The notes: a model not told the origin generated them from the sequence alone. Counted from the first letter of the stretch, positions 1 to 12,520 are shown. The stretch: DNA of 64,000 nt from Eledone cirrhosa (GCA_964016885.1 OZ024742.1:352718001-352782000), one strand, 5' to 3'. Translations and numbers: made by a program.

Positions 1-422
1 CAGAATAGTTCACCTATATATATGGAGGTGCCAGAAAGCAGAGCGAAAAGGGGCTGCATGGAGGGGGAGATACAGGAAGGTAGAATGGCAGTAAATGAAT
101 GAGTAAATGGATGGATGTACACAGAAAAGGGGGAGGGGAGAAAACAAGGGGTTGTTCCCAGCGGGAAGACCCAGAGTTCAGAAACGCACACATGCGAGCA
201 ACTGAGCAGTTTGTCATAGACGATATTCTCAATGGACGCGCCTACAATATTTGAATATAACTGAACCGTCGTGTCATTTAATTTGAAAAGTGGAGCAAAG
301 TAAATGGAGAATAGTGAATTTGGGGTGTCAATACCTCGTGATTTCTTTTTTTTTTTTTCAATACCCAACTTACAGTTTTCCAGGATTATTCTCAATTTTT
401 TTTTTTTTTTTTCCTTCAAAAG

Positions 423-569
423 GATGGAGGCGTTTTATCTCCTCATGAAACTGACAGTACTTAATGATGTTCGTCATCTATGGTTTATTCATATGGATTA
501 TTGCATATATCTATAGAACTATTAGAATGTTTGTGCAGTGTTCTGTGTCCAGCCAGGTTTGTACAACAG
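423..569 (+). other. Candidate host-gene exon (possible first coding exon, ATG at 464)
   Basis: A long poly-T tract is followed by AG at 421-422, and a consensus donor CAG|GTAAGA lies at 569/570. ATG 464 opens a hydrophobic peptide MMFVIYGLFIWIIAYIYRTIRMFVQCSVSSQVCTT up to the donor. No homology recognised. Confidence 0.3.
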
Positions 570-1014
570 GTAAGAAAAATGATGATTCGGTGACGGTTTC
601 TTCTGATAGGAACCTCTTCCACGTCGGAAGATCGAAGTGTGTTTTCTTGTCTTTTTCAATACTTCCATAAACGGCTTCGGAGATTTAAATCTTATGTTTC
701 AATTGGTGCTTCCATTTCCACACGGTTCTATTGTCTTATTTACAAAAAATATATATTTCTTGTATCATCAAACATTGACGATGTTACAATTCAAAGCAAT
801 TGTCATCGTCAAAAGTCAATGTGGAAGAAAAGTTAATGTTATTTACAAGCACAGTCATTGAAGTTAAGCAGTTCAAAATGTGTTAATATCGCAAGAGTGT
901 TTAGTTGAACCATGGTTCCGAGAAGGAGGCAAATGGCGGATTGTGGTTTGATATAATTTCCCTTTTTAGAGAGTTAATATGCAGGGTGAAGCAATCCTTG
1001 CTGGGTGATGTTTG

Positions 1015-2145
1015 CAGAGGACACCACACCCGAAAGAACAGAGGACACCACACCCGAGGCACTAACACTTGCTTCCTGAAGCTTCCACACTTTAGTGACG
1101 AAACAACAACAGCCATCCGCAGAGATATCAGACGAGAGGGACTAGATATGCAACTGGCCCACTCAGGACCTTCTCTACGCGGACAGCTAACCAAACGACA
1201 CTCCACCAGACATGACAACCGCTGCAGGCTAGCCAACTGCCCCATCAACGACACAAACCTATGCCACTAGGCTTATTTCGTATACAAACTAGAGTGCGAC
1301 AAATGCAGCAACTACGTAGGTATCACCACCAGACCACTCCACATAAGAATAAAATAACACCTCATACTAACGCTTCCTCATTTAAGAAACACCTAGTGAA
1401 ATGCAAAAACATTGACAAAACCATAACAGTTAGGATGGAAATTAAGGAAAGAAACCTCTGCAATCTTAGAATTAAGGAAGCACTAATGATAAACAAAACA
1501 CAACCACCAATCAATAATAGACTAGGACTCAATACCCAATTTATAACTTGAAAGAGCATCTTGTCCCATATGTATACACACACACACGCACACACACACA
1601 CGCACGCACACACACACACACGCTTACACCTCCAATTATTCTCTCTCACACGCACACACACACACACACACACAAATACCACTTCTAACACGAGAGAACA
1701 TCTATCCCCCACATTTACGTATATACATAGCTTCTTACACATACACACACACACACACACATACATACTTACACATTCACGCATTCTCCCACACACTTAA
1801 ACAGACATCTACAGAAAAAAACCCTTTTAAAGGAAGACCACTCCGTATCCATCTAACCTTATCTCTGACATTAGAGATGGAACAGATACTCTATACCATT
1901 TCCTGTCAGCATGACTTGGCAAGCTATTTAGAACACTGGTTTAACCGCTTTACTTCCCTCCGAAGAAGAGATATTATCTCGAAAATAAAGGACATTTAAA
2001 TAAATCTAAGGTAAAAGAATAATTGTCAACAATATCTTTTGCATTTGCATTTTTATTCTATGTCTATACCTGCATTGTTTGGCTTTACACATTCAAACGT
2101 TTATACCTCATTACACAATGCTTCAAGTGAACTATAACTTCCTCC
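1015..2145 (+). mobile_element. Degenerate Penelope-like element, 3' portion (GIY-YIG endonuclease + 3' UTR/pLTR)
   Basis: Frameshifted translation gives ...CRLANCPINDTNLC / YFVYKLECDKCSNYVGITTRPLHIRIK*H / ...LRIKEALMINKTQPPINNR, the PLE GIY-YIG pattern (VY..C..C..YVG.T.R.L..R..EH...E). A (CA)-rich UTR follows and the element ends at a (TA)n tract. Confidence 0.8.
1955..1992 (+). ncRNA. Degenerate or variant type-I hammerhead motif in PLE pLTR
   Basis: tccct-CCGAAGA-A-GAGAT-att-ATCTC-GAAA-ataa-agga. The core has C in place of U4 and the cleavage site is imperfect. Confidence 0.35.
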
Positions 2146-2284
2146 ATATATATATATATATATATATATTAATAAGAGGAATTCCAACTTTGTCTGATTT
2201 ACTCGTTTTATGTACAATCCTTTAAAATTTATAATGGTATTATAATGAAATAGTATTATAGAATATTAAATGTTAAGTGTTAAT

Positions 2285-2323
2285 TGAACAAGTACTTTCA
2301 AGCTTTTGCAATCTTCAGGTTCA
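2285..2323 (-). ncRNA. Type-I minimal hammerhead ribozyme (left arm copy)
   Basis: Reverse complement reads tgaac-CTGAAGA-ttgcaaaagctt-GAAA-gtac-TT-gttca. Confidence 0.65.
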
Positions 2324-2403
2324 TAATGTGTGGTGACTTTCAAGTTTGCAGTTTTCAATTGTCCACAGGTGAAAATTGAAAACTTGACTGTCACCACACA
2401 TTA

Positions 2404-2442
2404 TGAACCTGAAGATTGCGAAAGCAAGAAAGTACTTGTTCA
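2404..2442 (+). ncRNA. Type-I minimal hammerhead ribozyme (right arm copy)
   Basis: tgaac-CTGAAGA-TTGC-gaaa-GCAA-GAAA-gtac-TT-gttca: stem I tgaac/gttca, stem II with a GAAA tetraloop, palindromic stem III (AAGTACTT). Confidence 0.75.
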
Positions 2443-2602
2443 ATTAACACTTAACATTTAATATTCTATCATACTATTTCATTATAATACCATTATACAT
2501 TTTAAAGGATTGTAAATAAAACGAGTAAACCCGGCAAAGTTGGAATTTCTCTTATTAATATAATCTTCTATACACAATCATACACACCCGTGTATATGTA
2601 TC

Positions 2603-2710
<108 letters not shown>

Positions 2711-2836
2711 AATGTATGCATAGTATATTTGGCTATATACCGTATGTTTAATTAAAAACATTTAGAAGACCATACGGTATCAGTTTTAAAGTAGTAAACA
2801 TGTCACTTACTTCTTTTCAGCGAAAGAACGGACAGA

Positions 2837-2878
2837 AGCTGACAGTCTGTTTCATGCTGGTTGGCGTTCATCAGTGCC
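2837..2878 (-). ncRNA. Degenerate hammerhead motif
   Basis: Reverse complement reads ggca-CTGATGA-acgccaaccagcat-GAAA-cagactg-TC-agct. The core is intact but stems I and II are weak. It is enclosed by a 13-bp inverted repeat ttttcagcgaaag/ctttcgctgaaaa. Confidence 0.45.
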
Positions 2879-3068
2879 ACGTACTCACCTGCTTTCGCTG
2901 AAAATTATAGAAGCTGGATTCTTATAGAATTCCAAAGGAAAAGAATTTGAAAATGCGACTGGACTATTTTTTAAGTATATTCATTTATTTACCTTACCGG
3001 TTTCGCACTTCTTACGCTTTTCCAAATTAAAACTGAGATGGAGGGTTTGTGTTTCTGTTGTTGTTTCT

Positions 3069-3101
<33 letters not shown>

Positions 3102-3115
3102 CCCCCCCCACACAC

Positions 3116-3176
<61 letters not shown>

Positions 3177-4398
3177 ATTTCGCACTACACATGTGAGTTG
3201 ATTTACTTTTTTGGTAATACTACTACTTTATTAATAATATTATCAAAATTAGTAGTATTAACACTATAGAAAATGGGAAGTGAGAGGCAATGCTATACTA
3301 TTCTCTGTTACATTAAGAGAACTCATAGTTTAGGCTAAATCATGTGATATGGTCGGAACATGTGGTACCAATTCAATCTTTTTAAAATGTCACAACAGCA
3401 GCCTCGTGAAACAGTGAACTCCCCGCAATATCATTTTGATAAATAACATATCTATACAGAGAATAAAACTCAATATCGGATTATTTCAACAGCCGTAATA
3501 TATGTACAAATGCAATATAAATAAACGAGATTTATCCTGACACACAAGATATAGTTTCTGATTCCGAAATAATACATCTCAGAATTAATGTAGCTACATC
3601 TACGTAATTTTTCCGAACGTGAATAATGGACCGCATACATTAGGAAAATAGATGATATGTTTCATGTTTTAATATTTTACATCGCGATTATTATTTAAAC
3701 TGTCCTTCTGCCAAGTTGCTCTTTAAATCATGAGATATAACCTTTATCGGAAATGTAAATAGTGACTATTCTCTTCAGTTGACTCAGTGAGTGCTGGTAA
3801 AACGTAAGCGATGTAATGCATTATGCTGTGTCATATATTTCTTCATGGCAATTAATTGTAAAACTACAACCATAATTATAGTTAGAACTGGGGGAATGAA
3901 ACCGGTCTAACTAATTTAAATATCAACTACTAATTAATCACAGAAATGGTTTCCAATTAATAGTCGTAAACAAATTTAGTTTCTATTCCTCAATGACATG
4001 TGAAATGTAGACTTTCGAACAATTTTCAAAACATTTGAGAGTTGGGAACAGAAAATAACAAGACGCTCCTGAGACATTGAAAGGTTATATTATGGCATGA
4101 ATGCAATAACAAAACAATGCATCATTAATTTTGTTTTCCGAAAATAGGCATCATTATTTCGAAATATTTCAGTTTTGTTGCTAAAATATGCAAAGGATTA
4201 CAATAAAACATACATATTACATTTAACTTGCACCAACATTTTCTCTGTGAGTGTATGGGTGTAACTGTATATTTGGAGAAGTAACAGATACTGACTCCGA
4301 TTGTTGACACATAATGTCTCACATTAGACTAAATAAAATTCAACACAGATACGACATTGAATCTCTTTTAATACTAGGAATTGCATCCATTATGAATA

Positions 4399-4432
<34 letters not shown>

Positions 4433-4519
4433 CATATATACATACATACACGCACACAAACACACACTCACATACACACACATACACATACACACTCACA
4501 CGCACACACACACACACAT

Positions 4520-4550
<31 letters not shown>

Positions 4551-4749
4551 CATATACATAACAAAGAATGTGTGGTAAAATTCCAAATAGAACATATCAA
4601 GGCAGAATATTCAATATTTAGGGTAGTAGAGTGGGTAATATGAAGATAGTCAGGAAACCGGTAGGAAATCGACAGCTAGATCTGAGTCCGCATCTAACTA
4701 TCTAAACGGCCGTAAATCAGCCGTTGGTGTCCTGACTCTATATATATAT

Positions 4750-5640
4750 GTCTGATTTACTCGTTTTATTTACAATCCTTTAAAATTTATAATGGTATTA
4801 GAATGAAATCATATGGTAGAATATTAAATGTTAAGTGTTAATTGAACAAGTACTTTCATGCTTTCGCAATCTTCAGGTCCAAATTCTGTGGTGACAGTCA
4901 AGTTTGCAATTTTCAACTGTAATGAGATGGGTAAATTTTGTGCCTTTATATACAGTGAAAAGTGGCTACAGAATGCTAAATCTTGCAAACTGTATTTCGA
5001 TCAATCTGTGTGTAGTGTCACTGGATTACTAAAGTTGATTGGTTTAGGTGTCACGGTTGGTTGAGCATGTCTAATGACTACTATTTGACCCTATCCAAAA
5101 CATCAATTGTTTTGCTATTTCTAGAAATGATTGAAATAAAATGTTCTAGTAATCATCACCATCAACATCACTTTTATTATTATTATTGTCGTTGTTGTTA
5201 TTAGTAGTCGACATGGTCGTAGTCATAGTCATAGTAGGAGTAATACCCCATTATTATTGTTCATTTAGCTTGGGTTGAAATTTATCAATAACATTATTTT
5301 CTTTGATTTTTCTCTTGATTTCACTTGGGCTGTGTAATTTGTAGAATGGAAATATTATAAATATTCTCTGACCACATGTTGCTAGATGCTTACTTAGGGG
5401 TTTCTGACGGACATATGGGACTCTGATTTCCTGTCGGTGTACCCGTGCACGTTCAGATAGTGTATTTCCAGTTTGACCGACATAGAGTTCTTCACAATTC
5501 GGGCATTTAATGCAGTAAATTAGATTTCTGGTTTTGCAGTTCATATATGCATTTGGGAATATTTTTCCAGTTTTTGTTTTCATATATTGAACTGTGTATA
5601 TGGATTGACATGTGCCACATCGACTATCATTGCATTTAGA
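4750..5640 (-). mobile_element. 5'-truncated PLE: GIY-YIG domain + 3' UTR + pLTR
   Basis: ORF 5254-5640 reads KCNDSRCGTCQ...CKTRNLIYCIKCPNCEELYVGQTGNTLSERARVH...LSKHLATC...KFQPKLN (GIY-YIG, with the CCHH-like pattern). Both ends sit in (TA)n. Confidence 0.88.
4843..4881 (-). ncRNA. Type-I minimal hammerhead ribozyme in PLE pLTR
   Basis: Reverse complement reads tggac-CTGAAGA-ttgc-gaaa-gcat-GAAA-gtac-TT-gttca. Confidence 0.7.
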
Positions 5641-5740
5641 AATATATAAGTATATATATATATATATATATATATAGGTATATATATATATATACATGTA
5701 TGTATATGTATATATATATATATAAGTATATATATATATA

Positions 5741-5854
5741 GAAAAGAATGAAACGAAAGTTCATTTCTCACTCTTAGTACGGCTGATAACTAAACATATA
5801 TTTAGGTATCAGCCGTACTAAGAGTGAGAAATTAAAGTTCGTTTCATTCTTTTC
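5741..5854. repeat. ~114-bp imperfect palindrome
   Basis: gaaaagaatgaaacgaa...tttctcactcttagtacggctgata pairs with tatcagccgtactaagagtgagaaa...ttcgtttcattcttttc. Confidence 0.9.
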
Positions 5855-5980
5855 CATTTATCGGTTTCGGCATGCCCGGTCGACTAACTCACTCGATATG
5901 CAAATTAGGCTGCTCAGCCGTTAATATGCATCAGGAAAGTATATACTTTCAGACGTTCAATCATCTGACAGAAAGGTATA

Positions 5981-6021
5981 CGATGCTGACGATAGCAAAT
6001 AAGCTTGAAACTAGTACATCG
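5981..6021 (+). ncRNA. Type-I minimal hammerhead ribozyme
   Basis: cgatg-CTGACGA-t-AGC-aaataa-GCT-t-GAAA-CTAG-TA-catcg: perfect stem I, intact core, palindromic CTAG stem III, GUA cleavage triplet. Confidence 0.8.
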
Positions 6022-6669
6022 ATCCTGTGTCAGTGTTGAACAAGGGGGCGACGATGCTTGCCAAACACTGTACGGCGTAATTCGGGCTGTTTATTTACAA
6101 ACAAACCGAACATTATAATAAATGTTCGAAAACCCATACGCACATATATATGTGTGCATGTATGTGTATATGTATATATATAGATACTACAGTGAGTCTG
6201 TACACATATATGTATGTACGTATACATACTTATGTTTATATATATATAATTACAAGAAACGAAGCAGGCTGTGTGGTTACTCTAAACAAAGTTTAAGATA
6301 GTCATAGATACGAAACAAGAGAAGAAACCCTTCATCAGCGGTCAACTGCAGATCATAGAAGTTTCGGCGCTTAAAACAGGACATCACAATCGATAAGCAT
6401 CACGCCCAGGACCTTTTATCAATTAAAAGGCCTAGAGTGGAAGAAAATATCATATAGTGAAGAGAGAGGAAGAAAGAAAAAGAAGAAAAGAGGAAAAAAC
6501 GAAGTAAACTAACCAAATGGAGGGGGGGGCATATATGACAATGGCACATGCGAGTGAGTAACCGAGGAGAGAATATAAAAAGTTACACATACATACACAC
6601 ATAAATAAGTATATACATACATACATACACACACGCACAGAAACATACACACACACGCACACACACACA

Positions 6670-6865
<196 letters not shown>

Positions 6866-6902
6866 ATTAAATAAATGGAAACTATATTTATAAAACCATA
6901 TT

Positions 6903-6968
6903 TATTTCATTATATATATTTCAGGGATATCATATTAACAATATGCTATGCCTTCCTCAGACAAAATA
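6903..6968 (-). ncRNA. Type-I hammerhead ribozyme at PLE 3' end
   Basis: Mirror copy of the motif at 12309-12374. Confidence 0.72.
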
Positions 6969-8324
6969 CAATATAAACAGTTTTATAGATAAATAGATTC
7001 GACATACCGTGACAACATCGACTTGCATTTGAAGAGGTTGATTTGGCAGTGAAAAAATTGTACACAGAGAGAAAGAAAGAGAGAAAAAAGAAAGAAAGAC
7101 AGAAAACGAAGAAAAGGAAGAAAAAAAGAAGAAATGCATGGAACAAAATAGAGAGATGGAAAGATAAATAGAAGAACTTCATGTAAAGAAACAGAAAGAG
7201 ATATATATATAGAGAGAGAGAGGAAATAGAGATAGCTACATATATATATAGAAAATTAGGTAGTGGGAGGTCTGTTGAGTAAATGTATCAATGATACATT
7301 TATTTATTTATTTATTTATTTATTTAGCTCTAGTATTAATGTAAGGGAGATATATATATATAGAGAAAAATATAGAGAGAGAAAAAATATAGCGAGAGAA
7401 AAAATTTAAAAATAACCAGATATATGCGAGGCGTAAAAACCCTATGTTTTAATGTAGAGGTATTAGTATTTATAAAACATCCACTATATTGTAAATATCA
7501 GTATTCCTGAATGAGACAAGTATCCATAGTGTGTGAAAATTAATGATCTTATGTTTAGTTTTTTAAAAAAATTCATATGTTTATGTGATAGCTACAAATA
7601 TCCATGTGAATCTACATGATCAACTCTGCAAACCCTAAGTTCACGGAAAACAATCTCAATGTGGTATAAAAATTTGAGTATACATATATGTGTATTATTA
7701 TTCCTGTCTTTACTCTACAAGATTATCTATCAAGCAGAAATAGAGAGCAGATTTCAATATACTAATAAAAATATATATCAGAAACAAAAAATAACAATAA
7801 TAATAAGTAATAATAAAATAGAAAACTAAAAAAATATTACGAAAGAATATTACATATTAAAAATATTACATATTAAAAAATTTACATATTAAAAATATTT
7901 AATATTAAAAATAAAAATATTAGAAAATACTACAATAATAAAAAATAAAAATAAAAATAAACCACAAAGATCAACCCTTCAAAATTAATTGACAATATAT
8001 TGCCAAGTTCAATTATAAGCATCAGAGTCGAAAAACAGATAAAGCCCCAAAAAATTATCTATCAAATCACATCTAGCAAAGATCATTTCAAAAAGTTTAG
8101 GATGCCCAATTTGGTCTACATGTGTTCTTATATTTAATATAGAAGTTAATCTAGTGTAACGTTTATTCGAAATATTTGGAGCATCAGCTGTTAGGGTAGC
8201 TTAATTTTTCATGAGGAGTGTTTAAATAAAAATAAAATAAAAATAAAAAATTAAAAAAATAAAAAGAAGGAATCAAAGATTTATCAGCTAGTTTCCCATA
8301 TAAATATAAATCAAACTAAATATA

Positions 8325-10538
8325 CTACATTTTAAATTTAAATTTATATTTAAACGTTGAGTTTAATCTATGTTTGCAACAACTGAATAAATTTGTCCGT
8401 AGATTAAGGGAATTTTTAGATTTTAGTATAAAGAATATCTCCTCTGCGCAGAGGTCACATGTCTCAGAGGATGAATTAAAAGGAATCCCTCTTGAGACTA
8501 TATTCCAAGCCGTGGAATATCTAACGTTATCTAGCTTAAGTTGCCAGAGTACGCCTGATAGTGCCGTTGAAGATTTTTTGCTTGGATCTGTGAAAGAATT
8601 CTTGTGGTTATTATAGCGAAGTTTAAATTCCGTCGATGTGGAACCGACGTAGTTAAAAGAATTAGAGTCAGTATTAACATTATAATTGTATACTATATTC
8701 TTAACTAAGCAGTTGTTATTTAACGGACATTTAGATCTATCTCTACAGTTACATTTGTTAACTTGTATATTATTTATGCTATTATCACTAGGTTTTAAGT
8801 TCCTATTATTTATTCTATTAATATTTTGTGCTAAATTTTTGGTGGATGAGTAGGTTAATTTTATTGTATGTCTATTGAAAATTGAGTGATACCTATGTGT
8901 TCTAGGGAAGCGATTATCAAGAGCTTTGAAAAATAGTTTAGCGATGTGGGTTTTAATGTTTAGTGAGAAAGGGGGGGCAAACGAAATTATGTTCCTAGTT
9001 CTATTTCTTTTTTGGCCTTTGGAATTATTGTAATGCTTTCTATTATAGTTGTTAAGGTTGTTGCCGTAATTAAAAAAGTTGTTACTTTGTTTAGTTTGTC
9101 TATCATTATCTATGTACACAATCTTATCAGCATATCCTACTCTAGCTAATGCTTCATTATAGTATTGGGCTTTTTCGTCGAAAATCTTTCTATTCGACGA
9201 GATCCTAGAGATACGTTTTTGAACAGAGTTTACTATAGTGTTTTTGACAGATCTGGGGTGGTTAGAGTTAAAGTTGACATAGTTTAAGTTTTCATTCAAC
9301 TTGTGAAAAGGATAGTGAAGACATGTGTTGAGATTTAATGTTATATCTAGGAAATTGACTATTCTATGGTTGTTCTCAATTTCTATTTTAAGATTAAAGT
9401 AATTAAAAAATTGTGTAATTTGTTTACATTTTCTATTTAGTTCAGTGTTATTATTATCAATAAGTAAAAGCATGTCATCTCTATATAAACCTCCGGTAGT
9501 ACCAGGTATTTTCCTATGTAGCGAATTGATTAAAAATAAGCCCACAAGGTCAGTTACCTGAGCTGAGTCGGATGATCCCATAGTTATGTCAAAATTGCTA
9601 TCTCTATCTGCTCTGGTCCATAGTTTGTCATTAAATTCTATCAAAGTTTTCCTAGCCGATAATATAATATGCATTTCATTGCTAGTTAGGTCAGTATGTT
9701 TGAATGCGTAATTTAGTGCCTTATTTAGTAGATTAGGGGTAATAGAAGAACAATAGTTAGCTATATCAAGTTGAATAAACTTATTATTATTGTTATATTT
9801 AATTTGCTTAAACCACTCAACAACCTCTCCAGTTCCCTTCCACAAGCTCAGGTTAGATAAACAATCCAAGTTCTTAATTTGCTGTATCACCCTGTCAAGA
9901 ATGTTTTTGCTTAATTTGCCCAGGTCCGATTTTGATGGTGCGATCAATCTAACTGGCAGGTCATTTTCAAAATTCCTCTTGTGATCTTTCATATTCATCT
10001 TCGGTTTCCTGGGCACGAAAGGTTGTGTTCTGTTCTCAATTTCCAACTCGTGCATTATACAAGATGCTTCGACATTCATTTTCTCAAGTTCGGCCCTATC
10101 TGCTACCTTGTACTTTTTCCTCAGCTCTTTCAGTATGAGGCCATTATACATGTCTTTCTGCACTCCATAGAGGTTGTTGGTCTTGTCAGATTTCACCAAG
10201 ATCTTCTCAGTTTTCTGTAAGCTCTCAATGTTATCCTTAATGCCTTTCAGATATTCCTGGCCTTTGAAGTTTCTCTTGAATTTGACCCCTTGTATGATAG
10301 AAATTATATCGTTTTCAAAGTCAGATAAAAGTTTGTTAGGGGGTGGATTTCTTTTAGATTTGAAAACTTTGTTTAAGTCCGAGACATTTTCGTTTGTATT
10401 AGATTTATCAAAGTGGAATGCTCGCCACCTGATTCTCCTTATAAAAAAGTCAGATTTATCTATTAATTGTTTTATAAAGTCTTTGTTTCTAGGTAGAGGT
10501 ATGTCTTTTAGAGAGGAAGTAATCTTAAAGAATTCCAT
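8325..10538 (-). CDS. PLE polyprotein: reverse transcriptase + C-terminal GIY-YIG endonuclease (737 aa, uninterrupted; probably Hydra clade)
   Basis: RT motifs: FIQLDIANY (A), FDITMGSSDSAQVTDLVG (B'), GLYRDD (C), FLDITL, YVNFNSNHP (thumb). EN: CNCR..CPL..C..IVY...YVGST...RYNNH...CDLCAEE...CKH. The N-terminus SLKDIPLP...RRIRWRAFHF resembles Hydra-clade PLEs; clade assigned from memory, not a search. Confidence 0.92.
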   Translation of the reverse strand: MEFFKITSSLKDIPLPRNKDFIKQLIDKSDFFIRRIRWRAFHFDKSNTNENVSDLNKVFKSKRNPPPNKLLSDFENDIISIIQGVKFKRNFKGQEYLKGIKDNIESLQKTEKILVKSDKTNNLYGVQKDMYNGLILKELRKKYKVADRAELEKMNVEASCIMHELEIENRTQPFVPRKPKMNMKDHKRNFENDLPVRLIAPSKSDLGKLSKNILDRVIQQIKNLDCLSNLSLWKGTGEVVEWFKQIKYNNNNKFIQLDIANYCSSITPNLLNKALNYAFKHTDLTSNEMHIILSARKTLIEFNDKLWTRADRDSNFDITMGSSDSAQVTDLVGLFLINSLHRKIPGTTGGLYRDDMLLLIDNNNTELNRKCKQITQFFNYFNLKIEIENNHRIVNFLDITLNLNTCLHYPFHKLNENLNYVNFNSNHPRSVKNTIVNSVQKRISRISSNRKIFDEKAQYYNEALARVGYADKIVYIDNDRQTKQSNNFFNYGNNLNNYNRKHYNNSKGQKRNRTRNIISFAPPFSLNIKTHIAKLFFKALDNRFPRTHRYHSIFNRHTIKLTYSSTKNLAQNINRINNRNLKPSDNSINNIQVNKCNCRDRSKCPLNNNCLVKNIVYNYNVNTDSNSFNYVGSTSTEFKLRYNNHKNSFTDPSKKSSTALSGVLWQLKLDNVRYSTAWNIVSRGIPFNSSSETCDLCAEEIFFILKSKNSLNLRTNLFSCCKHRLNSTFKYKFKFKM

Positions 10539-12308
10539 TTTTCCAGTTATAATATAAAGCGCTCAACAGTATTAGAGCAAGATACATGGAAAGTTATATT
10601 TAAAATTGTTGGGTTACAACTAGTAAATATTTATAACTGATATAAAAGCACTCGACAAATATTATAATAACCACAAGAATTCTTTCACAGATCCAAGCAA
10701 AAAATCTTCAACGGCACTATCAGGCGTACTCTGGCAACTTAAGCTAGATAACGTTAGATATTCCACGGCTTGGAATATAGTCTCAAGAGGGATTCCTTTT
10801 AATTCATCCTCTGAGACATGTGACCTCTGCGCAGAGGAGATATTCTTTATACTAAAATCTAAAAATTCCCTTAATCTACGGACAAATTTATTCAGTTGTT
10901 GCAAACATAGATTAAACTCAACGTTTAAATATAAATTTAAATTTAAAATGTAGTATATTTAGTTTGATTTATATTTATATGGGAAACTAGCCGATAAATC
11001 TTTGATTCCTTCTTTTTATTTTTTTTATTTTTTATTTTTATTTTATTTTTATTTAAACATTCCTCATGAACAATTAAGCTACCCTAAAAGCTGATGCTCC
11101 AAATATTTCGAATAAACGTTACACTAGATAAACTTCTATATTAAATATAAGAACACATGTAGACCAAATTGGGCATCCTAAACTTTTTGAAATGATCTTT
11201 GCTAGATGTGATTTGATAGATAATTTTTTGGGGCTTTATCTGTTTTTCGACTCTGATGCTTATAATTGAACTTGGCAATATATTGTCAATTAATTTTGAA
11301 GGGTTGATCTTTGTGGTTTATTTTTATTTTTATTTTTTATTATTGTAGTATTTTCTAATATTTTTATTTTTAATATTTAATATTTTTAATATCTAAATTT
11401 TTTAATATGTAATATTTTTAATATGTAATATTCTTTCGTAATATTTTTTTAGTTTTCTATTTTATTATTACTTATTATTATTATTGTTATTTTTTGTTTC
11501 TGATATATATTTTTATTAATATATTGACATCTGCTCTCTATTTCTGCTTGATAGATAATCTTGTAGAGTAAAGACAGGAATAATAATACACATATATGTA
11601 TACTCAAATTTTTATACCACATTGAGATTGTTTTCAGTGAATTTAGGGTTTGCAGAGTTGATCATGTAGATTCACATGGATGTTTGTAGCTATCACATAA
11701 ACATATGAATTTTTTTAAAAAACTAAACATAAGATCATTAATTTTCACACACTATGGATACTTGTCTCATTCAGGAATACTGATATTTACAATATAGTGG
11801 ATGTTTTATAAATACTAATACATCTACATTAAAACATAGGGTTTTTACGCCTCGCATATATCTGGTTATTTTTAAATTTTTTCTCTCGCTAAATTTGTTC
11901 TCTCTCTATACTTTTCTCTCTCTATATATATCTCCCTTACACTAATACTAGAGCTAAATAAATAAATAAATAAATAAATGTATCATTGATACATTTACTC
12001 AACAGACCTCCCACTACCTAATTTTCTATATATATATGTATCTATCTCTATTTCCTCTCTCTCTCTCTATATATATATATATTTCTGTTTCTTTACATGA
12101 AGTTCTTCTATTTATCTTTCCATCTCTCTATTTTGTTCCATGCATTTCTTCTTTTTCTTCCTTTTCTTCGTTTTCTGTCTTTCTTTCTTTTTTCTCTCTT
12201 TCTTTCTCTCTGTGTACAATTTTTTCACTGCCAAATCAACCTCTTCAAATACAAGTCGATGTTGTTACGGTATGTCGAATCTATTTATCTATAAAACTGT
12301 TTATATTG

Positions 12309-12374
12309 TATTTTGTCTGAGGAAGGCATAGCATATTGTTAATATGATATCCCTGAAATATATATAATGAAATA
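12309..12374 (+). ncRNA. Type-I hammerhead ribozyme in the inverted pLTR
   Basis: tattttgt-CTGAGGA-AGG-c-ATA-g-CATATT-gtt-AATATG-a-TAT-c-CCT-GAAA-TATATA-TA-atgaaata: 8-bp stem I (two G:U pairs), long stem II, palindromic stem III. Confidence 0.75.
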
Positions 12375-12520
12375 AATATGGTTTTATAAATATAGTTTCC
12401 ATTTATTTAATATTGTAAATATACTCCAAATATTTGTCGAGTGCTCTTATATCAGTTATAAATATTTACTAGTTGTAACCCAACAATTTTAAATATAACT
12501 TTCCATATATATATATATAT

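Larger units (their letters stand above)
2168..2560. mobile_element. ~390-bp palindromic PLE pLTR fold-back (non-autonomous), flanked by (TA)n
   Basis: The left arm taataagaggaattccaactttg...caagttt is the reverse complement of the right arm aaacttg...caaagttggaatttctcttatta, with the centre at ~2360-2372. The arm matches the pLTR at 4750-4918. Confidence 0.85.

Noticed and set aside
2991-3030. Minus-strand GAAACCGGTA motif suggestive of an HHR 3' half
   Set aside because: There is no intact CTGANGA upstream.
6290-6440. Partial hammerhead-like pieces (minus-strand CTGATGAAGGG and GCCGAAAC)
   Set aside because: The pieces are in the wrong order or lack partner motifs. Probably a decayed pLTR, but it cannot be folded into an HHR.
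8374-8616. 80-aa ORF MQQLNKFVRR... present twice (also at 10662-10904)
   Set aside because: It is the antisense frame of the PLE endonuclease region; the duplication only reflects the inverted arms.
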